Origin: Macrostomum lignano
Lineage: Eukaryota
Length of the DNA: 64,000 nucleotides
Direction: 5' to 3'
Assembly: GCA_002269645.1 (NCBI GenBank)
Contig: NIVC01000364.1
Coordinates: forward strand, 434,001 to 498,000
This document shows, piece after piece, positions 1 to 13,955 of the stretch. The notes under the pieces were generated by a model. That model made no database searches. It had not been told where the DNA came from and was given only the letters and a program-made list of their open reading frames with translations. A program made the position numbers and the translations under genes. How positions within the stretch are numbered: the first letter of the stretch is position 1; every line of letters begins with the position of its first letter.

Positions 1-165
1 GCTAGGGTAATTGAGGGTGTGTGTGGCAACCCCCCCCCCCAGTGCTTGGACTGAACAGCCGTATGCAGCCTTCAGATGCGCCGTACAATAGCGGCGGCTG
101 AGCTGTCGGTTGCACATCTGGCTATTAGGGCAGGTGTAATCAATTATTATTATTACTGACTCTTC
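1..165 (+). mobile_element. 3' half of a tRNA-derived SINE (5' part cut off by the window edge)
   Basis: GTAATTGAGGGTGTGTGTGGC...GAACAGCCGTA...GCAGCCTTCAGATGCGCCG...CAATAGC...GGCTGAGCTGT...CACATCTG...GCAGGTG plus a (TTA)n tail matches the reverse complement of ~26860-27040. Confidence 0.75.
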
Positions 166-559
166 GACAAAGGACTGCCCTTGTCAGTTTTTAACCACAG
201 CTTCACAGTTCACCCAATCACGGCAAAGTGGCAATGGATAGCTTTATACTCGTAGTTTATAAAATCAGAGCAGGTGGCAATCAATTAAGCAGCCAAATCC
301 CAGCTCGGAGACATTTAAGGGAGGAAATCCTGGATGGAAATCCAATCGGAATGGCTTTAAAAGCTGAACCTGATTATGGAAGACTAAATATCAGCAACGG
401 CTGGAAAGGCTGGAAGGTTTTTTCATACTTTCACCTATTTGGGCTCCAGATTCCCAGTCATTTCAATAACTTCTTTATCTTCCCATCTATCTCTAGCTCT
501 GCAATCTCTCTCCCTCTCTATCCTCGTTTCTCGAATCCATTTTGCTTGTACTGCTGGCT

Positions 560-850
560 CTTAAGTTGCCATCTCTCTGTCCCTCCACCTCTCTCGTCTC
601 CCTCCACCTCTCTCATCTTCCTCCACCTCTCTCATCTCCCTCCACCTCTCTCGTCTCCCTCCACCTCTCTCGTCTCCCTCCACCTCTCTCTGTCCCTCCA
701 CCTCTCTCGTCTCCGTTCCCCTCTCTCGTGCCGCCCTCTCTCATCTCCCTCCACCTCTCTTGCCTCCCTCCACCCTCTCTCGTGTCCGCCTCTCGCTTCC
801 CCACTTCTCTCGTGTCTCCCTATCTCGCCTCCCTCCTCTTCTCTCGTCAC
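560..850. repeat. Pyrimidine-rich degenerate tandem repeat (~21 bp, CCCTCCACCTCTCTCGTCT-like)
   Basis: Visible periodicity; accounts for the Pro/Ser/Leu-rich ORFs here. Confidence 0.8.
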
Positions 851-1595
851 CCTCTGCTTTTTCATTATGGTCAATATGCCAGTTTCTCATCTCTCAACTT
901 TACTTACACTATCTGTTCCTCTCCAGGTTTCAAATCGTCCAGCTTCCCAATGCTCTCATTCTCTCCCGCGAATAAAATTCATTTCCTATATCTACGAGTC
1001 TTTTTTATATTTTTCCTCATGCCAGTATCGTTTTTTATTCTCCGATCTGTCTCGTTTTCTGACGGCCTCATTCCATTATGATTGCCCTTCAGCGATGCAT
1101 GCCGAGCACAGCGGGGGGTCCACGCTTTTGTGTCTTCCTCTCCTTCTCTTCCCTTCTCGCTTTCTATTTCTCTCAGGGGGGAGACTCATGGGAATCGAGC
1201 CCGCGCAGAAAATGTCTCCTGCAGCCGAGCCGGGGGCAGCGCACAGACCAAACACACAACTGCAAACACACACAAACACATGCACACACACACATGCTTA
1301 GGCAAAGTCTAAATTATAAATGCAATATGCCTCTCATGCGCCTTGCTGGGGTGGGCAAGGCGCAAGACTAAAACCAGCGTTCCACTTCCCCCGTTTCTGC
1401 CAGACACCGGTCGCGGACACGACAGCTCCGCGGCAGTCTCCATCTGGATTTGGCCTTCTGTGTACTTAAACTGCCGACATGGGGCTGTAAACACTGCGTC
1501 TCCGTCTGCCTCCTTCTGGGTTGAATTCTGAGAAGCTCAAAACGAAAAATAGAAAGCTGTGCATGGAGCTTTGTGAAACAGATTTGTGATCCACC

Positions 1596-2503
1596 CTGTG
1601 TCAGCAGCTGAGCAGCTGAGCAGATCATTCAATAGTCTACTGTGTCAGCAGCTGAGCAGCTGAGCAGATCATTCAATAGTCTACTGTGTCAGCAGCTGAG
1701 CAGCTCAGCAGATCATTCAATAGTCTACTGTGTCAGCAGCTGAGCAGCTGAGCAGATCATTCAATAGTCTACTGTGTCAGCAGCTGAGCAGATCAGCAGA
1801 TCATTCAATAGTCTACTGTGTCAGCAGCTGAGCAGATCAGCAGATCATTCAATAGTCTACTGTGTCAGCAGCTGAGCAGATCAGCAGATCATTCAATAGT
1901 CTACTGTGTCAGCAGCTCAGCAGATCATTCAATAGTCTACTGTGTCAGCAGCTCAGCAGATCAGCAGATCATTCAATAGTCTACTGTGTCAGCAGCTGAG
2001 CAGATCAGCAGATCATTCAATAGTCTACTGTGTCAGCAGCTCAGCAGATCATTCAATAGTCTACTGTGTCAGCAGCTGAGCAGCTCAGCAGATCATTCAA
2101 TAGTCTACTGTGTCAGCAGCTGAGCAGATCAGCAGATCATTCAATAGTCTACTGTGTCAGCAGCTGAGCAGATCAGCAGATCATTCAATAGTCTACTGTG
2201 TCAGCAGCTGAGCAGCTGAGCAGATCATTCAATAGTCTACTGTGTCAGCAGCTGAGCAGATCATTCAATAGTCTACTGTGTCAGCAGCTGAGCAGCTGAG
2301 CAGATCATTCAATAGTCTACTGTGTCAGCAGCTGAGCAGATCATTCAATAGTCTACTGTGTCAGCAGCTGAGCAGCTCAGCAGATCATTCAATAGTCTAC
2401 TGTGTCAGCAGCTCAGCATGAGATCATTCAATAGTCTACTGTGTCAGCAGCTGAGCAGCTCAGCAGATCATTCAATAGTCTACTGTGTCAGCAGCTCAGC
2501 AGC
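1596..2503. repeat. Minisatellite, 36/44-bp units (CTGTGTCAGCAGCTGAGCAG[CTGAGCAG]ATCATTCAATAGTCTA), ~21 copies
   Basis: Head-to-tail units with no unique spacers. Confidence 0.95.
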
Positions 2504-3256
2504 AAATCTATATGCATTTGGACCTTCTCTATATGCCATTTATCATCGTCTCAGTCTCAGATTATACGGTGGATGCGGCATCCGCTATACTGAATCAGTC
2601 TGCTTCTCCTAGTCCCAAGGATTTTTTCCTAAAAATCTGGCTGCAGACCGGAGGCCCGCATTAGAATGAGAATATGTGTGCCTGTGGGCTGGAGAGAGAG
2701 AGGAGAAGATGGCTGCTAGGCGGCCGGGGTTGTTGCCACCAGAAGAAGAAGCCCCAGCAACAGCAGACAAGGCCTAAGGGTTGGGGGGAGGTCCTGATGC
2801 CTGTCATGAAATTTTAAGGCTGAGAGCTGGCAAGGAGACTGGGGCACTCTCTTCCCTTCCTGACTGTCTCTTATTTTCGCCATCACCCCCCGAGGCAGCA
2901 GCTCTGAAGTCAGGCAATACCGCCGCCTCCTCTCCCTGGCCTCTGCACACAATGAAAGCTGCTGCTCCACTGCATCCACTGACTGCGCGTTGAAGTTAAG
3001 AAAGTGGGAAACTGATGATGCAGCAGCTCGTTTCCTCCTACCGTAAGATCTTTGCTAGGCAACAGGCTGTGTGGCTTAGGCTAGATACGCTTAGCTGAGC
3101 AGTGCTTACTCGTGTTTCTCTCTCATTGTCTCGGCGTTTATACAGCTGCCAGCATCAGAATCATGTACTTTTAAGGTGGGAGGGAGAAAGACACCCTTAA
3201 AACTGTTTTGAAAGCCAGTAAATGGATCAGTTAGCTGACAGAATCCCTGAAGGGTA

Positions 3257-3445
3257 GGTGCGTTCTTCTCCTAATGCATCAGGTCATTGTCTGAAGGGTG
3301 GTGCCTTCTCCTAATGCATCAGGTCATTGTCTGAAGGGTGGTGCCTTCTCCTAATGCATCAGGTCATTGTCTGAAGGGTAGTGCCTTCTCCTAATGCATC
3401 AGGTCATTGTCTGAAGGGTAGTGCCTTCTTCGTCTAATGCATTGA
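3257..3445. repeat. 40-bp tandem repeat, ~4.5 copies
   Basis: GTGCCTTCTCCTAATGCATCAGGTCATTGTCTGAAGGGT[AG] repeated. Confidence 0.9.
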
Positions 3446-3509
3446 TCAGGCCATTTATATCTGGAGTTTAAAAATTGAAATTTTGGTGCCTTATCAGGTG
3501 AAGAGGAGA

Positions 3510-6500
3510 GATTTAGGGAGATCCATAGTGAGTAGATGGAGACAGGGAGAGAGATTTAGAGAGATCCATAGTGAGTAGATGGAGACAGGGCAGATTTAGG
3601 GAGATCCATAGTGAGTAGATGAAGACAGGGAGAGAGATTTAGAGAGATCCATAGTGAGTAGATGGAGACAGGGAGAGAGATTTAGCCAGATTCATAGTGA
3701 GTAGATGGAGACAGGGCAGATTTAAGGAGATCCATAGTGAGTAGATGGAGACAGGGCAGATTTAGGGAGATCCATAGTGAGTAGATGGAGACATGGAGAG
3801 AGATTTAGAGAGATCCATAGTAAGTAGATGGAGACATGGAGAGAGATTTAGAGAGATCCATAGTGAGTAGATGGAGACAGGGTAGATTTAGGGAGATCCA
3901 TAGTGAGTAGATGGAGACAGGGCAGATTTAGGGAGATCCATAGTGAGTAGATGGAGACAGGGCAGATTTAGGGAGATCCATAGTGAGTAGATGGAGACAG
4001 GGCAGATTTAGGGAGATCCATACTGAGTAGATGGAGACAGGGCAGATTTAGGGAGATCCATAGTGAGTAGATGGAGACAGGGCAGATTTAGGGAGATCCA
4101 TAGTGAGTAGATGGAGACATGGAGAGAGATTTAGAGAGATCCATAGTAAGTAGATGGAGACATGGAGAGAGATTTAGAGAGATCCATAGTGAGTAGATGG
4201 AGACAGGGCAGATTTAGGGAGATCCATAGTGAGTAGATGGAGACAGGGCAGATTTAGGGAGATCCATAGTGAGTAGATGGAGACATGGAGAGAGATTTAG
4301 AGAGATCCATAGTAAGTAGATGGAGACATGGAGAGAGATTTAGAGAGATCCATAGTGAGTAGATGGAGACAGGACAGATTTAGGGAGATCCATAGTGAGT
4401 AGATGGAGACAGGGCAGATTTAGGGAGATCCATAGTGAGTAGATGGAGACAGGGCAGATTTAGGGAGATCCATAGTGAGTAGATGGAGACAGGGAGAGAG
4501 ATTTAGCCAGATCCATAGTGAGTAGATGGAGACAGGGCAGATTTAGGGAGATCCATAGTGAGTAGATGGAGACAGGGCAGATTTAGGGAGATCCATACTG
4601 AGTAGATGGAGACAGGGCAGATTTAGGGAGATCCATAGTGAGTAGATGGAGACAGGGCAGATTTAGAGAGATCCATAGTGAGTAGATGGAGACAGGGAGA
4701 GAGATTTAGGGAGATCCATAGTGAGTAGATGGAGACAGGGCAGATTTAGGGAGATCCATAGTGAGTAGATGGAGACAGGGCAGATTTAGAGAGATCCATA
4801 GTGAGTAGATGGAGACAGGGAGAGAGATTTAGGGAGATCCATAGTGAGTAGATGGAGACAGGGAGAGAGATTTAGGGAGATCCATAGTGAGTAGATGGAG
4901 ACAGGAGAGAGATTTAGAGATCCATAGTGAGTAGATGGAGACAGGGCAGATTTAGGGAGATCCATAGTGAGTAGATGGAGACAGGGCAGATTTAGGGAGA
5001 TCCATACTGAGTAGATGGAGACAGGGCAGATTTAGGGAGATCCATAGTGAGTAGATGGAGACAGGGCAGATTTAGAGAGATCCATAGTGAGTAGATGGAG
5101 ACAGGGAGAGAGATTTAGGGAGATCCATAGTGAGTAGATGGAGACAGGGCAGATTTAGGGAGATCCATACTGAGTAGATGGAGACAGGGCAGATTTAGGG
5201 AGATCCATAGTGAGTAGATGGAGACAGGGCAGATTTAGAGAGATCCATAGTGAGTAGATGGAGACAGGGAGAGAGATTTAGGGAGATCCATAGTGAGTAG
5301 ATGGAGACAGGGCAGATTTAGGGAGATCCATAGTGAGTAGATGGAGACAGGGCAGATTTAGAGAGATCCATAGTGAGTAGATGGAGACAGGGAGAGAGAT
5401 TTAGGGAGATCCATAGTGAGTAGATGGAGACAGGGAGAGAGATTTAGGGAGATCCATAGTGAGTAGATGGAGACAGGGAGAGAGATTTAGCCAGATCCAT
5501 AGTGAGTAGATGGAGACAGGGCAGATTTAGGGAGATCCATAGTGAGTAGATGGAGACATGGAGAGAGATTTAGAGAGATCCATAGTGAGTAGATGGAGAC
5601 AGGGCAGATTTAGGGAGATCCATAGTGAGTAGATGGAGACAGGAGAGAGATTTAGAGAGATCCATAGTAAGTAGATGGAGACATGGAGAGAGATTTAGAG
5701 AGATCCATAGTGAGTAGATGGAGACAGGGTAGATTTAGGGAGATCCATAGTGAGTAGATGGAGACAGGGCAGATTTAGGGAGATCCATAGTGAGTAGATG
5801 GAGACAGGGCAGATTTAGGGAGATCCATAGTGAGTAGATGGAGACAGGGCAGATTTAGGGAGATCCATAGTGAGTAGATGGAGACAGGGCAGATTTAGGG
5901 AGATCCATAGTGAGTAGATGGAGACAGGGCAGATTTAGGGAGATCCATAGTGAGTAGATGGAGACAGGGAGAGATTTAGAGAGATCCATAGTAAGTAGAT
6001 GGAGACATGGAGAGAGATTTAGAGAGATCCATAGTGAGTAGATGGAGACAGGGCAGATTTAGGGAGATCCATAGTGAGTAGATGGAGACAGGGCAGATTT
6101 AGGGAGATCCATAGTGAGTAGATGGAGACAGGAGAGAGATTTAGAGAGATCCATAGTGAGTAGATGGAGACAGGGCAGATTTAGGGAGATCCATAGTGAG
6201 TAGATGGAGACAGGGCAGATTTAGGGAGATCCATACTGAGTAGATGGAGACAGGGCAGATTTAGGGAGATCCATAGTGAGTAGATGGAGACAGGGCAGAT
6301 TTAGGGAGATCCATAGTGAGTAGATGGAGACAGGGCAGATTTAGGGAGATCCATACTGAGTAGATGGAGACAGGGCAGATTTAGGGAGATCCATAGTGAG
6401 TAGATGGAGACAGGGCAGATTTAGGGAGATCCATAGTGAGTAGATGGAGACAGGGCAGATTTAGGGAGATCCATAGTGAGTAGATGGAGACAGGGCAGAT

Positions 6501-7110
6501 TTAGGGAGATCCATAGTGAGTAGATGGAGACAGGGCAGATTTAGGGAGATCCATAGTGAGTAGATGGAGACAGGGCAGATTTAGGGAGATCCATAGTGAG
6601 TAGATGGAGACAGGGAGAGAGATTTAGAGATCCATAGTGAGTAGATGGAGACAGGGCAGATTTAGGGAGATCCATAGTGAGTAGATGGAGACATGGAGAG
6701 AGATTTAGAGAGATCCATAGTGAGTAGATGGAGACAGGGCAGATTTAGGGAGATCCATAGTGAGTAGATGGAGACAGGAGAGATTTAGAGAGATCCATAG
6801 TAGTAGATGGAGACAGGAGAGAGATTTAGAGAGATCCATAGTGAGTAGATGGAGACAGGGTAGATTTAGGGAGATCCATAGTGAGTAGATGGAGACAGGG
6901 CAGATTTAGAAAGATCCATAGTGAGTAGATGGAGACAGGGAGAGAGATTTAGGGAGATCCATAGTGAGTAGATGGAGACAGGGCAGATTTAGGGAGATCC
7001 ATAGTGAGTAGATGAAGACAGGGCAGATTTAGAGAGATCCATAGTGAGTAGATGGAGACAGGGAGAGAGATTTAGGGAGATCCATAGTGAGTAGATGGAG
7101 ACAGGGGAGA
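3510..7110. repeat. Large minisatellite, ~40-43-bp unit, roughly 85-90 copies
   Basis: GGGAGATCCATAGTGAGTAGATGGAGACAGGGCAGATTTA and interspersed variants over 3.6 kb. Confidence 0.97.
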
Positions 7111-8120
7111 TTAAGAGACATGAGCAGCTGCAGTGGTAGAGTGTGAGAATGACAGATATTCATGACGCAGACTGCAATGCTAAGTTATGAACGCAGTTTC
7201 AAGCTTCCACCCTGGGCAAACTCTGTGAAGTAGAATTCTTACTAGCTCATGGAGCTAACAAATTTTCCAATCAATATTGGCATTTGCAAGTCGCAGGCCT
7301 CTCAGAGGCAGTTGCGGCGCGCTTGACATTCAAGTTATTTTCTGAAATTCACTCCGGGCAGAGCCTTGGCAGTCGGAAAGCGGACTTGGCCCGTAATTCA
7401 ATTAAAAAGCAGCCCAGACCACAGATACTATAAACACTAGATAGGCCACTCCAGCTAATTTTCACAACACGACAGTTTACTCTACTTTCTGCTTAGTAGT
7501 AGTAAAAACATTTTAGCGTTATTTATATTTTTTTAAAATAAAAAAACAGATGAATGCAATGCAGCAATTGTATTGATTTTTTGCAAAAAGAAACTTATAA
7601 TTATACTTTCCACAATTCAAAGCAACATTGTGAATGCTTTAGATTGCATAGAAGGCTATATTATTGCAGTCTACTATTGTATATTTAGCAAATACGAGCT
7701 ATATCATATACTCCATAATCCATATTCGTGAAGCAAAATAGAAAGATTTCTCATCTTAATCAGCTCATCTGTTTGTGAAACTCGCAGCGTGCTGTCGAAG
7801 AACAGGGTCGCCAGTCGCCCTTGTTCAGAGGCAGCATTCAGAACGGCCCAACAGATGAAAAAAAACTGGCGAATGCGCCACTTCAAGGTCCAGGGATGTA
7901 TCCGATGGAGCCAATCCTCAGTGGTTTCGTAACAGGCAGCCGATAAGCAGCAGGACTTTTGTGGTGCAGCTGCAATGAGCTGCTGATGAGATGACATCCT
8001 TTGACCAGAGCACCCCTGACTGCGAGCGCCCTGCCGCCCAGTCGACCGCTGGAAGCTGCGCTAGCCACGCCTCCACAGTCCATGGATGCACGACTGCGCT
8101 GCACTTGCCTTGACCATCGA

Positions 8121-8385
8121 GAGTTGCCGCTGCAGCCGCTTGATTTGCCTGTCGCTTTCGGGATTGCCGCTGCAGCCGCTTGATTTGCCTGTCGCTTTCG
8201 GGATTGCCGCTGCAGCCGCTTGATTTGCCTGTCGCTTTCGGGATTGCCGCTGCAGCCGCTTGATTTGCCTGTCGCTTTCGGGATTGCCGCTGCAGCCGCT
8301 TGATTCGCCTGTCACTTTCGGGATTGCCGCTGCAGCCGCTTGATTCGCCTGTCACTTTCGGGATCGTTGCTGCAGCCGCTTGATC
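8121..8385. repeat. 40-bp tandem repeat, ~6.5 copies
   Basis: GGATTGCCGCTGCAGCCGCTTGATTTGCCTGTCGCTTTCG repeated. Confidence 0.9.
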
Positions 8386-11267
8386 TTTGCCTCTAGCGCT
8401 TGGAACCCGCGAATCGGCTGCAGAGGTGAGAGCTTTCAGCCGCAACAGCTGTTCTCGGCGCAGAATCTGGTAGCCGAAGGTTGCTCTGCCACAGCACTGG
8501 CAGCAGGCAAGTCGCAGGCTCGGCTGCAGATAGATTGCTAATTGGCCCCAGCACTGGAGGGTACATGTCGTCTGCCTCTTCATCGTTTATCAGTCCTTTG
8601 CACAGAGGGTAGCTGGTCTATTTGAACGAGCCGAGGCAGCATCAACTCTTGGTGTGGGATTGCGTCCCAGCGAAAACAGATGTCTTGCACATCCGTGGCA
8701 CTTTGTAAGGCAGCAGTAGGCCTCGTCCATAAAGTGCAAGCTGAACACACGGAGGCCCCGTGATTTAATTGTTTATAAAGATCAATATCCACGCTCCTGT
8801 AGTAGCTGCTGCCAGCGCTTCGCCAGTGTCATCTTTTGGTAATTTATGCATTCGCAACGGATTTTTCTTTCTCGGATGTTAATAGCACTAGTACAAAGCT
8901 CGTGCAAGTGGGAGCACAGCAGTGGTTCGAATCAAAACATTTCTCGAGTACAAGATTAGATAGAAAAGCTAGTATGCACTCGAACTTTCTTTAACTCTGA
9001 CTCTTGTCCTGTTCATCTATATAAGCTTGTATTTAAGCACGATTCGCCACCCCCAAATTTTCTAACCCACAACCTCTCAACCCCCACCCCACCCCTAACC
9101 CAGGCTAGCTATGTGCAGTCCTTTATTTTCTATCCCACCACCAGTAGGCCTAAATTATCGATCCACTCACCCTGCCTTATACGAAACTGATATTAACCCT
9201 ATTCCAGACTACCCCCCTTCCTCCACTTTGAAAGATAGCGGCATTGCACACTGTCTGTCGCGTCTTAATGTACACCATTACTGCACAAAACAAGTTAGTT
9301 GTTTATGGCGTTAGCAAAACGATGTCTTAAAAACAGTCACTCGATTTGTCTAATTTAGCAAATAATACTGTTGCTTCCTTTCATTGCTACTAAGCAGAAA
9401 GTAGAATAAAAAACTTGCCCAGAAAATTAGCCTGAGTGGCCTATCTAGTGTTTATAGTATCTGTGGCCCAGACACCGAAGTACCCCCGCCTTGGCTTCGG
9501 CGTTCACTTTGAGGAGAGATTGCTAATAAAATGAATTCGCTGTGCACCAGGTACTGCATGAATAATTCCCTTAAGTCTCTAAGCTGGCACTAATTGAGTT
9601 TGTCAAGCTCTCGTTCCGTTGAGGATTGGGGCAGTAAAAATGGAGTTTAAAATAGCAAAGTCTGCCGCGAGTCAAAGTCATCTCTGTGGCTGGGTTCGAT
9701 CAAAACAGCCCCTCTTCTATTTCTGGCGATCTCTCAAAGGTCGGCGCAACTCACCGGGCCGAAACTCGAAAGCCTGTCAGCTCCCTCTGCTGCTCTCGCT
9801 GATCGGGTGGTGCAGTGTAGCTCGGGAGCTTGATCTGTCTGATGGTGGACAAGGGGTGAGACTTGGCCCGTGCTTTTTGGGGTTACTATATTAGCTAATC
9901 TTCCACCGCGCTCCTCCCTGTCCCCGGCCCCCTATCTGCTCTCCTTTATCCCCCTCTGGGCGCTGGCTGGCTCTCAAAATACAGAAGATTGGCTGGCTGG
10001 CTCTCCGGAATGGAAGCGGCATGCGGTGCGGTAGCTGGGGGAGGGGAAGGCGGAGGCGGGAGAGCCGCCTGGGGGGTCTGAGCTGGTGGCATGGCAGCTG
10101 CTGCATCAACCGCTGGCTCTGAGTACACACGAACACAACACACACTGCTATAGCACCTGAGAGCCTGAGGCCAAGGCGCATAGTTAATGGCGCTGATACG
10201 GCCGCGCGGAATGGGACTGCTCCGGTGAGGGGAGGGGAGATATTGAGACATCTGGGTCCGAGGCAGAACGGAAGAAGCGAGCGTGTTTAGCTGTCTCCCC
10301 AGCCAGCCCCCTTCTGCTGCGTTCCCAAACCGCTGGTGGGAACCAGGGATGTGCAATCGATGAAGAGAGTGACGTGAAATGATTTTTCTCTGTTGGGTTG
10401 AACTACCGATTGGTAATGTATTTTCTGGATAGTAGGCCTTTTAAACAGCCGGCTGGGACACGCAGGCTTGTACTACAAGATGAATCGAGGACCAGGCAGA
10501 GAGAGAGAGTGGACTCCGCGGGGATTGTCCCTGAGGATTATTCTCCCAAAAAACTTCGCCCAGCCACTTTTTTCAAACCCTTCCCTTCTAAAGCACTTTG
10601 CATGGCTGAGAAACAAAGGAGAAAAATCAGCAGGTGATGATTTGAGTTCAAACTGTAGCTTAATTCACATTTGGCCTGGGCAATGCTACACAGCCACAAT
10701 GGCATCTGTGTGACTCCCAATTGTTCAACCTCCGCGGTATGAGGTTTGGTTTCTGAGTCAATCCCCTCTTACATTCACATCCTGCTGCATCCTCTCCGCC
10801 ATCCTCCCTTGCCCCATCTACCCACCCCCAGCAGCCGGGAGTACGACCGTATCTGGTATCGGCGCCGGCTGTGGGTCTATTTTTAACCATTGCTGTTATT
10901 CTATTAGCAATTCCACGCCTACGGGTTTTCGACTCTCTCTCTAATCCTCAGCTTCGCTCTCTGAGTCGAACTGGCGTCCTCACTCTGGGAGCGAGTGAAT
11001 GAGTGAGTGTTGACCTGCTTCAGAGTCTCCGTGATCTCTCCGCTTCCCCCCCCCCCATGGGAGCCGGGCGGAACCCGCTATAATTCGACGTGCTAAAAAG
11101 CATTTTCTTTAATCTCTCCGGCTCACAATTCTAGAGAGCGGCACGTATTCTTCGAATTAAGTATGGCGAATTAAGTATGCCGTGCTCTTGTGCCGGTTGT
11201 AAAACATTTATCGAATCCTCTCCTCTCGTCTGTTGTCGCCAGGTTTTAAGAGGCCTAAATCACTGGG

Positions 11268-12715
11268 ATGTGTATTGGAGTAGTAGCTCACTGAGGGATT
11301 CGATAGATGGTTTAGTAGCTGAGGGATTGGGTAGAGGGGTCAGTAGCTAACTGAGGGATTGGGTAGAGGGGTCAGTATCCCACTGGGGGATTGGGTAGAA
11401 TGGTCAGTATCTCACTGGGGGATTGGGTAGAATGGTCAGTATCTCACTGGGGGATTGGGTAGAGGGGGTCAGTAGCTCACTGAGGGATTGGGTAGAGGGT
11501 CAGTAGCTCACTGAGGGATTGGGTACGAGTAGAGGAGTCAGTAACTGAGGGATTGGGCAGAACGGTCAGTAGCTGACTGAAGGATTGGGTAGATGAGGGT
11601 CAGTAGCTCACTGGGGGGTTGGGTAGAGGGGTCAGTATATCACTGGGGGATTGGGTAGAGGGGTCAGTAGCTCACTGAGGAATTGGGAACGAGTAGAGGG
11701 GTCAGTAGCTGAGGGATTGGGTAGAGGGGTCAGTAGCTCACTGGGGGATTGGGTAGAGGGGTCAGTATCTCACTGGGGGATTGGGCATAGGGGTCAATAG
11801 CTGAGGGATTGGGTAGAGGGGGGTCAGTAGCTGAGGGATTGGGTAGAGGGGGGTCAGTAGCTGAGGGATTGGGTAGAGGGGTCAGTAGCTCAGTGAATGA
11901 TTGGGTAGAGGGGGTCAGTAGCTCACTGAGGGATTGGGTAGAGGGGTCAGTAGCTCAGTGAATGATTGGGTAGAGGGGGTCAGTAGCTCACTGAGGGATT
12001 GGGTAGAGGGTCAGTAGCTCACTGAGGGATTGGGTACGAGTAGAGGAGTCAGTAACTGAGGGATTGGGCAGAAGGGTCAGTAGCTGAGTGAGGGATTGGG
12101 TAGATGAGGGTCAGTAGCTCACTGGGGGGTTGGGTAGAGGGGTCAGTATATCACTGGGGGGTTGGGTAGAGGGGTCAGTAGCTCACTGAGGAATTGGGAA
12201 CGAGTAGAGGGGTCAGTAGCTGAGGGATTGGGTAGAGGGGTCAGTAGCTCACTGGGGGATTGGGTAGAGGGGTCAGTATCTCACTGGGGGATTGGGCAGA
12301 GGGGTCAGTAGCTGAGGGATTGGGTAGAGGGGGGTCAGTAGCTGAGGGATTGGGTAGAGGGGTCAGTAGCTCAGTGAATGATTGGGTAGAGGGGGTCAGT
12401 AGCTCACTGAGGGATTGGGTAGAGGGGGTCAGTAGCTCACTGAGGGATTTGGTAGAGGGGTCAGTAGCTCACTGAGGGACTGGTTGGACGGGTCAGTTGC
12501 TGAGGGATTGGGTAGAGGGGTCAGTAGCTCACTGGGGGATTGGGCAGAGGGGTCAGTAGCTCACCGAGGGATTGGGTAGAGGGGTCAGTAGCTCACTAAG
12601 AGATTGAGTAGAGGGGTCAGTAGCTCACCGAGGGATTGGGTAGAGGGGTCAGTAGCTCACCGAAGGATTGGGTAGAGGGGTCAGTAGCTCACCGAGGGAT
12701 TGGGTAGAGGGGTCT
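11268..12715. repeat. G-rich minisatellite, ~29-35-bp unit
   Basis: GAGGGATTGGGTAGAGGGGTCAGTAGCTCACT and variants. Confidence 0.95.
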
Positions 12716-13152
12716 TTGGTCATTGAAGGACGGAAGCTGTAATAGAGGTTTCATCAGCTAATCGATCTCATCATTTGATGATGCATGTTACACCTCACAC
12801 TGCTAAGAAAATTGCACACTGTATCATGGCCGGAGAACCAATATCTGAACACAAGTGCCTTGCCTAAAATACGTCAGTGTTCCACTTTACAATGCATCGC
12901 ATATCCTATACCATCATAGATATGTAATAAAAATTATTTCAATATTTGCTTTCTCCCTTCATCTGATCTACAGGAAAAGCAGCAGCAAGCATCACTTCCA
13001 CGGATTCAACAATTTTGCAGCTAAACTCGGTTTCCACTTTTAAGGGACTGAAGGGTTTTCGACCAGTCAGTCTGATTAACACGAACAGGTTTTACTGTCT
13101 ATATGTAAGCAGTGTTTCATGGGGTAATTGATTCTTCCAACTCAAAAAACTG

Positions 13153-13955
13153 CTTCTGTTACTGTCCGACACTGTTTCTGATACTGTCCGACACTGTTTC
13201 TGATACTGTCCGACACTGTTTCTGATACTGTCCGACACTGTTTCTGATACTGTCCGACACTGTTTCTGATACTGTCCGACACTGTTTCTGATACTGTCCG
13301 ACACTGTTTCTGATACTGTCCGACACTGTTTCTGATACTGTCCGACACTGTTTCTGATACTGTCCGACACTGTTTCTGATACTGTCCGACACTGTTTCTG
13401 ATACTGTCCGACACTGTTTCTGATACTGTCCGACACTGTTTCTGATACTGTCCGACACTGTTTCTGATACTGTCCGACACTGTCCGACAATGTTTCTGAT
13501 ACTGTCCGACACTGTTTCTGATACTGTCCGACACTGTTTCTGATACTGTCCGACACTGTTTCTGATACTGTCCGACACTGTTTCTGTTCTGTCCGACACT
13601 GTTTCTGATACTGTCCGTCACTGTTTCTCTTACTGTCCGACTGTTTCTGATACTGTCCGACACTGGATCTGTCACTGTCTATCACTGTTTCTAATACTGT
13701 CCGACACTGTTTCTGATACTGTCCGACACTGGATCTGTCACTGTCTATCACTGTTTCTGATACTGTCCGACACTGTTTCTGATACTGTCCGACACTGTTT
13801 CTGATACTGTCCGACACTGTTTCTGATACTGTCCGACACTGTTTCTGATACTGTCCAACACTGTTTCTGATCTGTCCGACACTGTTTCTGTTCCGTCCGA
13901 CACTGGTTGTTGCTGTCCGAAACTGGTTCTGTGACTGTCCGACAGGTTCTATCGC
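13153..13955. repeat. 22-bp minisatellite
   Basis: TGATACTGTCCGACACTGTTTC repeated; degenerates at the right edge. Confidence 0.95.

Noticed and set aside
228-1301. 357-aa ORF
   Set aside because: Mostly a CT-rich low-complexity tract; no domain recognised.
1596-2503. CRISPR-like appearance of 36-44-bp repeats (also 3510-7110, 39183-40535)
   Set aside because: Units are head-to-tail with no unique spacers, there are no cas genes, and the context is eukaryotic.
7704-8792. ORF cluster around the 40-bp repeat
   Set aside because: Frames broken by stops and no recognisable domain; possibly a TE remnant, but not supportable.
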